Assembly: GCA_902792515.1 (NCBI GenBank)
Contig: CADAZX010000020.1
Coordinates: 224 to 64,223 of the forward strand
Length of the DNA stretch: 64,000 bases
Direction: 5' to 3'
Origin: an uncultured Ruminococcus sp.
GTDB taxonomy: Bacteria; Bacillota; Clostridia; UBA1212
Below are positions 58,360 to 64,000 of this stretch, piece by piece (position 1 is the first letter of the stretch; each line of letters begins with the position of its first letter). The position numbers were made by a program, and so were the translations under genes. Under the pieces are notes generated by a model that worked only from the letters and a program-made list of their open reading frames with translations, had not been told where the DNA came from and did no database searches.

Positions 58360-59361
58360 TTATTCGGGGAAGAAAGAAGGCTTGTTCGACAGATCCGTTT
58401 CGATCACGAACAGCTGCGCACCCCTGAACAGCCTGTACGCCTTGTGGCATTCCTCACGCGTGTCGTAGATCGCGAAAATCGTCGAGCCGCTTCCCGACAT
58501 CAGCACGCCGAGCGGGTTGGTCGCCTGAACGCGTTTTTTGACCATCATGATCTGGGGTTCGAGTTCGAAGGCCGGGCGCTCGAGCACGTTTTTCATATTG
58601 GGCGCGAACGAGTAGACGTCGTTTTTGCGGAGCGCTTCGATCAGGAACTGCGTGTCCGGGTGGCTCTCGGGAGAGAGGCGCATCTGGTCGAGCTTTGTGT
58701 AGACCTTTTCGGTCGAGAGGAAGATGTCCGGGTTCACGACGAGCATGTAGCCGTTCGTGAGAGAGGGAAGGGGCTTCAGCGTGGTGCCGGTGTCGGTCGC
58801 GAGAGCGGTGCCGCCCATCACGAGGAAGGGGACGTCGGAACCGAGAGTTGCGCCGAGCTCCATGAGCTTTTCGGTGGAGAGCTCAGTGCCGAAGAGCCTG
58901 TTGAGACCGACGAGAGTTGCCGCCGCGTCAGCGCTGCCGCCTCCGAGACCGCCGCCGACGGGAATGTTCTTCCTGATGTGGATGCCGAGCTTGCCCTTGT
59001 AGCCCGCAATCTCCTTCATGAGGAGCGCCGCGCGGTACGCGAGGTTTTTCTGGTCCACCGGGAGGCGGTGGTTGGTGCAGGTGAAAATGATATTGTCGGA
59101 AGGGTCGGGAAGGCGGATCGGAACGCCGCGCGCTTTGAGCACCTCGATGCGTTCGTCGTGTTTTCGCTTGGCGGTCATGATGTCTGAGACGATGTCTTCG
59201 CGCAGCTCCGGAATAGCCTCGGGTGTGTAGAGAATGATCCGGTCGTAAACGCAGATCGTCTGCATGATCATGTCGACAAGATGGTACCCGTTCTCGGCAA
59301 ATCCAAGCACGTCGATTGAAAAATTCACTTTTGCGTTAGCGTTGATAGAAACTAAATTCAT
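58360..59361 (-). CDS. ispE: 4-diphosphocytidyl-2-C-methyl-D-erythritol kinase with N-terminal-domain insertion
   Basis: ANAKVN, GYH, KNIPVGGGLGGGSADAA, GSDVPF, MSGSGST; ATG after GGGAGG. Confidence 0.93.
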   Translation of the reverse strand: MNLVSINANAKVNFSIDVLGFAENGYHLVDMIMQTICVYDRIILYTPEAIPELREDIVSDIMTAKRKHDERIEVLKARGVPIRLPDPSDNIIFTCTNHRLPVDQKNLAYRAALLMKEIAGYKGKLGIHIRKNIPVGGGLGGGSADAAATLVGLNRLFGTELSTEKLMELGATLGSDVPFLVMGGTALATDTGTTLKPLPSLTNGYMLVVNPDIFLSTEKVYTKLDQMRLSPESHPDTQFLIEALRKNDVYSFAPNMKNVLERPAFELEPQIMMVKKRVQATNPLGVLMSGSGSTIFAIYDTREECHKAYRLFRGAQLFVIETDLSNKPSFFPE

Positions 59362-59560
59362 AATTTCCTCCCGTTGCAAAATGCTCGAGGCAGGCACAAA
59401 CGGAAAACCCGCCGTAACCGACGTACGTGCGCCACGATTACAACACGAAAAACAGTCCAAAAAGGGCTTCGCTTCCCGGTTTGCCGATTTTATCAAACAA
59501 ACATCAGTTGTACGTCGGTATTATAATATCACAAACGAGGTTTCTTTTCAACAGGAAAAA

Positions 59561-59600
59561 ATAAAAAAAGCGGCGCCGCGGCCCGAGGCCGCGGCGCCTT
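59561..59600. terminator. Terminator after the 5'-nucleotidase gene
   Basis: ggcgccgcggcc/ggccgcggcgcc hairpin with an A tract on the left (U tract on the minus strand). Confidence 0.75.
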
Positions 59601-59632
59601 AAAAAACAAACCGCTTTATAGTACGGCCGTTG

Positions 59633-62446
59633 TTATTCCTTCTTTTTCCGGCGCTCGTTCGCCATGACTACGTAGCCGGCGCCGGCGAGGGCAAGCACGA
59701 AAACGATCGCGATCGAGCTGAAAACGATTTTCGCGTAGTCATTTTCGTCGAGGACCTTCTTGTACTTCCCGGGAACGCTTTCGGCGTTTTCGAAAACCGT
59801 TCCGCAGTTCAGGCATTCAAGCTCCCCGCCGGCATTTTCGGCAGTCTCGTCGAAAACGTGGCCGTCTCCGTGTTCGCACGTGTACGCCGCGGCTTTAAAG
59901 GAGCGGTCGGAGCACGTTACGGTAATTTCCCTGCTTGAGGAGAGAAGCTCGTCCCCGAGGGTGATTCCGTTCCACTCGTTCGCGGTACCGTCGAAAACGA
60001 CCTCTTTTACGTTGGTGAAGCCTTCGAAAGCGCCCGCGGGAATGCGCGTGATGCCGTTCTGGACGGAAATTCTCTCGATATTCCCGGAGAGGTCTGCGTA
60101 CGGCGGCGGATTTTCCGCGTCACCGAACGGGCACTTGGGGCTGATCGTGAGCGTTTTTCCGTCGTTCGAGAGGTACCAGAACCTGTCGACGTACGCTGAA
60201 GAAAGGTAGTGCGCGTCGCTGTCGACGAACAGAAGACCGTCGCCGGTTTTGCCTTCTTCGCGTAGAACGGCGAGTGCGCCTTCGTTGTCGGTTATGGCGT
60301 GTTCGAGCAGGCGGCCGGTGGAGTTCCAGGCGATGAGAGGGTTTTCGATGCGGCCGTCGGAACGCTCGGAGGTTGCGAGATACTCGCTGACGGCGACTTT
60401 CAGAGTTTTGTCGCGGCACCCGGGCTTCCACGCGCCGTTGACGTAGACGGGCACGCCGTCCCTGACGATGGCGCTGACGTAGTTGCCGACGTAGTAGCAG
60501 TCGACGCCCCAGATCTCAGAGACGAGCGACTTGCCGCTTGAGGTGAGCGAGTACTCCAGAAGGGTGAGAAGGTCGTTGTAGGTGAGCTCGTAGAGGTAGA
60601 CCGTGTTCGAAAACGGGAACATCGTGTAGACGTCGGACGCCGTGATGGACCGCTGCTTTTTGCCTTTTTCGATCTCAAAGCTGAGCCTGATGCCGCCGCT
60701 GTTTACGAAACCCACGTCTGCGCCGACGCTTCTGGCGATAATGGAACTCATCCAGTTGCCGGCCGTCGTGGACCTGTCGCTGCCGTAGAGGTAGACGTGA
60801 CGCATCGCGGAGACGTTGATGTAGCCGATCTCTTCGGCGAGTACGTCGGAAAGGAGTTCCATGCACGTGTCGGTGAGGGCAACCGTCTTTTCGTCGAGCT
60901 GTCCCTGCGAGGACTTGTTGTTCTTGTCGAGAACGGAGGCGTTTCCGGTGACGTTGCGGACAGAAGCGTTCGCGACGCGAGAGAATTTTGCGGTGCCGCC
61001 CGCGTTTTCGAAAACGAGCTCGCAGTAGCTGTAGGCCTGGCCGTAAGCGGCGGGCTGGATGTAGGTGACGCCGGAGGACGTCTTGCCGCTGAGGCTCTGG
61101 TGGGAGTGGCCTCCGAGCACGAGATCGATAACGGTATTCCTGCCGAGTTTTTCGGCCTGCTCCTGCGCGACGTCGTGGGTGAGCATCACGGTCACGTCGC
61201 ATTCGCCGGTCGACTCGAGGCTTTTCGCGAGCTTGTTGAGGGCGTCGTAGTCGGATTTCACCATATAGCCCGCGCCTGTGAAGTTGGCGCGCATTATCGA
61301 TGAGGCGTATTCGCCGGCAAAGCCGATTATGCCTATTTTTACGGAAATTCTCTCACCGGAAGAATTCACCGCCGTCTTGGTGACGACGACGTAATCCTTC
61401 GCGAAGGAGATTTTCGCGCCGTCCTTGAAAATGTTGGAAACGGTGACGGGAACGTCGTTTGCCTGCTTTCCGGAGCCGAGGTCGCAGTCAATCATCGTGG
61501 CGTCGGCGTCGACGGTATTTTCGATGCCCCAGTCGAATTCATGGTTGCCGATTGTGACGGCGTCGTAGCCCATTTCCAGGAAGGCCGCGGAAACCGAGCT
61601 GCCCTTCAGAAGGTTGGAGAGCGTGTTGCCCTGGTAGATGTCGCCGCCGTCCAGAAGAACCGCGAGGCTCTTGTCGTAGGTGCCGCCGGCGCCGCGTACG
61701 TCGTTTACCTTGTCGGCGATGTAGGCGAGTCTGTACTCGGTTGTCTGACCGGAAACGTCGGCCACGTAGCCGTGGATGTCGGAAGTCTCAAAAAGCGGCA
61801 GCCTGAATTCGCCGCCTGCAGCTGTGCCGCCCTCGCGCGGGATCTCTTTTTCAGCCAGGTAAAACTCAAGCTCGAAATACGACGTGTCGTTAGATTTTCC
61901 GTACGTCGTGAACGCGTTCGAGTTCGGGTAGTATTCGAGGTAGTTGTTTGTGTAGACCGAGCCGTTACGCTCGTATGACGCGTTGGGGTTGTAGAGGAAG
62001 CCGTCGCCCTCGAAAAGCCACTCGCTGCAGAGTTCGGGGGTGTTCGACCAATATAGGCCGTTGCCTGTGGACGCTGAGGTGAGGTAGCCGTTTTCGCCGC
62101 GGAGATAGACGCGCGAACCGTTCCCGGCGGATTCCACGGTCAAATACGCGGCGCGTTCGTAACCTGATGCCAGCGTTTTTTCTTCGCCGCTTCCGGCGGT
62201 TTTGACGGAAACCGGAGCGAGCCTGTTGCCGCTCGATTCTTCGCCAAGAGCCACTTTGTAGTTCTTCGCGACGACAACGACGCAGTCTCCGGCCTTGACC
62301 GCGGAGCCTTTCACAAAACGGGGCGCTGCGCCTTCTTCGGCGTGTGCGACGTTTGCGGTATCTGCTCGCGACGCGGCAAAAATGATCGAGAGCGCCAATA
62401 AAGCGATGATCGCGGTGCATAAAACGATTCTGGTTTTTGTTCTCAT
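59633..62446 (-). CDS. Surface-anchored bifunctional metallophosphatase / 5'-nucleotidase with accessory N-terminal beta domain and BspA-like LRR
   Basis: Signal peptide; ETSDIHG, DGGDIYQG, IGNHEFDWG, LTH, GGHSH, NSGGIR, MFPFSN; ITRIPAGAF (LRR_5-like); C-terminal TM plus RRKKK. Confidence 0.88.
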   Translation of the reverse strand: MRTKTRIVLCTAIIALLALSIIFAASRADTANVAHAEEGAAPRFVKGSAVKAGDCVVVVAKNYKVALGEESSGNRLAPVSVKTAGSGEEKTLASGYERAAYLTVESAGNGSRVYLRGENGYLTSASTGNGLYWSNTPELCSEWLFEGDGFLYNPNASYERNGSVYTNNYLEYYPNSNAFTTYGKSNDTSYFELEFYLAEKEIPREGGTAAGGEFRLPLFETSDIHGYVADVSGQTTEYRLAYIADKVNDVRGAGGTYDKSLAVLLDGGDIYQGNTLSNLLKGSSVSAAFLEMGYDAVTIGNHEFDWGIENTVDADATMIDCDLGSGKQANDVPVTVSNIFKDGAKISFAKDYVVVTKTAVNSSGERISVKIGIIGFAGEYASSIMRANFTGAGYMVKSDYDALNKLAKSLESTGECDVTVMLTHDVAQEQAEKLGRNTVIDLVLGGHSHQSLSGKTSSGVTYIQPAAYGQAYSYCELVFENAGGTAKFSRVANASVRNVTGNASVLDKNNKSSQGQLDEKTVALTDTCMELLSDVLAEEIGYINVSAMRHVYLYGSDRSTTAGNWMSSIIARSVGADVGFVNSGGIRLSFEIEKGKKQRSITASDVYTMFPFSNTVYLYELTYNDLLTLLEYSLTSSGKSLVSEIWGVDCYYVGNYVSAIVRDGVPVYVNGAWKPGCRDKTLKVAVSEYLATSERSDGRIENPLIAWNSTGRLLEHAITDNEGALAVLREEGKTGDGLLFVDSDAHYLSSAYVDRFWYLSNDGKTLTISPKCPFGDAENPPPYADLSGNIERISVQNGITRIPAGAFEGFTNVKEVVFDGTANEWNGITLGDELLSSSREITVTCSDRSFKAAAYTCEHGDGHVFDETAENAGGELECLNCGTVFENAESVPGKYKKVLDENDYAKIVFSSIAIVFVLALAGAGYVVMANERRKKKE

Positions 62447-62725
62447 TTTCCCAACTCTTCTCCCGGAACGGCCGGTTTTTTCGTCACGGAAATATTATAA
62501 CATATCGCGCGCGCGTTTGCACCGGATTTCCGCGTTGGCGGACTTAGGCGGAATTGGGCGGAAGACGGCGTAAGTGGGCGGAAGTGGATCCGGTTCCGTC
62601 TTGAAAGAATGGCCGGAAGAAGATATAATGGAGTTAGAAAATTAACGCGGACTTGAGATTTGGCTGATTTTTGACGTTGATTTTGAGTATGATTTTTGAA
62701 TTTGGAGATTGACAGGAGGCAAAAA

Positions 62726-63376
62726 ATGGGATTTTTCGACAAGGTTTTGAATAAAAACGCATCAAACGGGCCGCTCCCGGAGGAGTGGACAAGGGACCGC
62801 ACGGTCACGCTCGACAAAATGCCGGACAACCTTGAGGAGCTGAAGGCGGCAGTCGACGTCACCGATCCGGGCTCTGTCGCGGCGTATTTTGTGTACGCTG
62901 TCGCGGGGCTGCCCGGAGATTACGACACCGGAATGAGCATGATGAAGTACCTTTTCGCGGACATCGAGCCTTTCGGGCGCGGGTTTATCGAAGGCGGCGG
63001 CGCGGGAAGAGCGGGCTGGGACACGTATTTCAACGAGAGACTGAAGGACGACGACTACCGCTGGCTGCCCAGAGCGTATTTTGCGGGCGCGACTGCCGAA
63101 AACGGCTTCAACCCGCCGAGACCGCTCGCGATCGACCTCTACTACAACGAGACGAATACGAAAACGATCAACGGCCAGACGCTCGAAAAGCTCGGCCGCC
63201 TCAACATCGTCTACTGGGTCATGAGCAACGCGGCAGGCAACAAGGTCAACGTCACGCTCAGCAAATTCGACGGCAGCGACAGGTGGTACGTCACGAGCGG
63301 CGTCACGTCGGCGGGGCTTTTCTACGACCAGCGCGCGGGGCTGACGGCCGAGGCGAGGGAAAAACTCTACAATTGA
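62726..63376 (+). CDS. Conserved hypothetical protein (DUF6935-like)
   Basis: MPDNLEEL, YFNERL, LPRAYFAGATAENGFNP pattern recalled from the DUF6935 family; ATG after AGGAGG. Confidence 0.6.
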   Translation: MGFFDKVLNKNASNGPLPEEWTRDRTVTLDKMPDNLEELKAAVDVTDPGSVAAYFVYAVAGLPGDYDTGMSMMKYLFADIEPFGRGFIEGGGAGRAGWDTYFNERLKDDDYRWLPRAYFAGATAENGFNPPRPLAIDLYYNETNTKTINGQTLEKLGRLNIVYWVMSNAAGNKVNVTLSKFDGSDRWYVTSGVTSAGLFYDQRAGLTAEAREKLYN

Positions 63377-63410
63377 AATTGAAGACGCCGGCAGTTCATG
63401 CTGCGGTCGG

Positions 63411-63440
63411 AGGGGCCCGGTAATTCCGGGCCCCGATTTT
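63411..63440 (+). terminator. Terminator
   Basis: ggggcccgg/ccgggcccc followed by gatttt. Confidence 0.7.
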
Positions 63441-63484
63441 ATGCGCACGTTTTATGCGCACACGCGCGCGCATTTAAAAAAGTA

Positions 63485-63514
63485 TTGCGGCGGAGGCTTC
63501 CCGTGTGGTATAAT
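63485..63514 (+). promoter_or_regulatory. ebfC promoter
   Basis: TTGCGG, 18 bp, TGgTATAAT. Confidence 0.6.
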
Positions 63515-63579
63515 AGAGTGTTAGTTTTGCGATAAAAAACGCATGGCTGACAAATACACAAAAAGGACGGTATCTTTTT

Positions 63580-63951
63580 ATGTCTAACGGAATGAGAGGC
63601 GGCTTCGGCAACAGACCGAAGGGCGGCCAGCAGGGCGGTTTTAATTTCGGCGGTGGCAACATGCAGCAGATGCTCAAACAGGCCCAGAAGATGCAGAACG
63701 AGATGCAGAGAGAGCAGGAAGAACTCAACGAGACCGTTTTCGAGGCGACCTCGGGCGGCGGCGCGGTGAAGCTCACGATGAAGGGTGACAAGACTCTTCA
63801 GTCGATCGAGATCAGCCCCGACGTTGTCGATCCGGACGACGTCGAGATGCTTCAGGACCTCATTATCGCGGCGTTCAACGACGCGGCTGCGAAGATAGAC
63901 GAGGCCACGCACGAGAAGATGGACAAGTACACCCAGGCGATGGGCATCTGA
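63580..63951 (+). CDS. ebfC: YbaB/EbfC nucleoid-associated protein with Gly-rich N-terminal extension
   Basis: MQQMLKQAQKMQ, SGGGAVK, DPDDVEMLQDLIIAAFNDA. Confidence 0.95.
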   Translation: MSNGMRGGFGNRPKGGQQGGFNFGGGNMQQMLKQAQKMQNEMQREQEELNETVFEATSGGGAVKLTMKGDKTLQSIEISPDVVDPDDVEMLQDLIIAAFNDAAAKIDEATHEKMDKYTQAMGI

Positions 63952-64000
63952 GGAAGCGTTGATTTAATGCTCTTTACGCAAGCGGCGAACAGCTGACTGC

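Noticed and set aside
59440-59495. c-di-GMP-I riboswitch (GGCAAAC seed) in the ispE leader
   Set aside because: The following GACGCAAAG and second-stem consensus is absent.

Overview
GC-rich chromosomal segment of a Bacillota (Clostridia-like) bacterium, judged from sigmaA-type promoters, the rpsF-ssb-rpsR-gdpP-rplI-dnaB-tilS-hpt-ftsH order and many lipoproteins. It is mostly housekeeping and metabolic: an FGGY kinase, a flavin-reductase-like protein, a large anchored glycan-processing protein, a multidomain flavodiiron protein, argR with a polar amino-acid ABC transporter and an M20 amidohydrolase, a shikimate/Phe/Tyr supra-operon plus a lone TrpB2, tRNA-Ala(GGC), tRNA-Val(GAC), an aconitase-family hydratase, two cyclophilins, recD2, prmA, ispE, a 5'-nucleotidase and ebfC. 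I found no CRISPR array, integrase, transposase or prophage. The most notable signals are: (1) a three-gene module after recD2 (nucleoside-phosphorylase-fold protein, spore-photoproduct-lyase-like radical SAM enzyme apparently lacking the canonical H-donor Cys, and an SDR); (2) a ~670-bp non-coding mosaic of duplicated palindromic modules with compensatory base changes between prmA and ispE, related to an element next to tRNA-Ala; (3) palindromic elements just beyond both tRNA terminators; (4) an AT-rich islet with a Schlafen/AlbA_2 protein beside tRNA-Ala; (5) a window-wide tendency to short tandem duplications and in-frame insertions in conserved proteins. All family assignments come from motif recognition by eye, not database searches.
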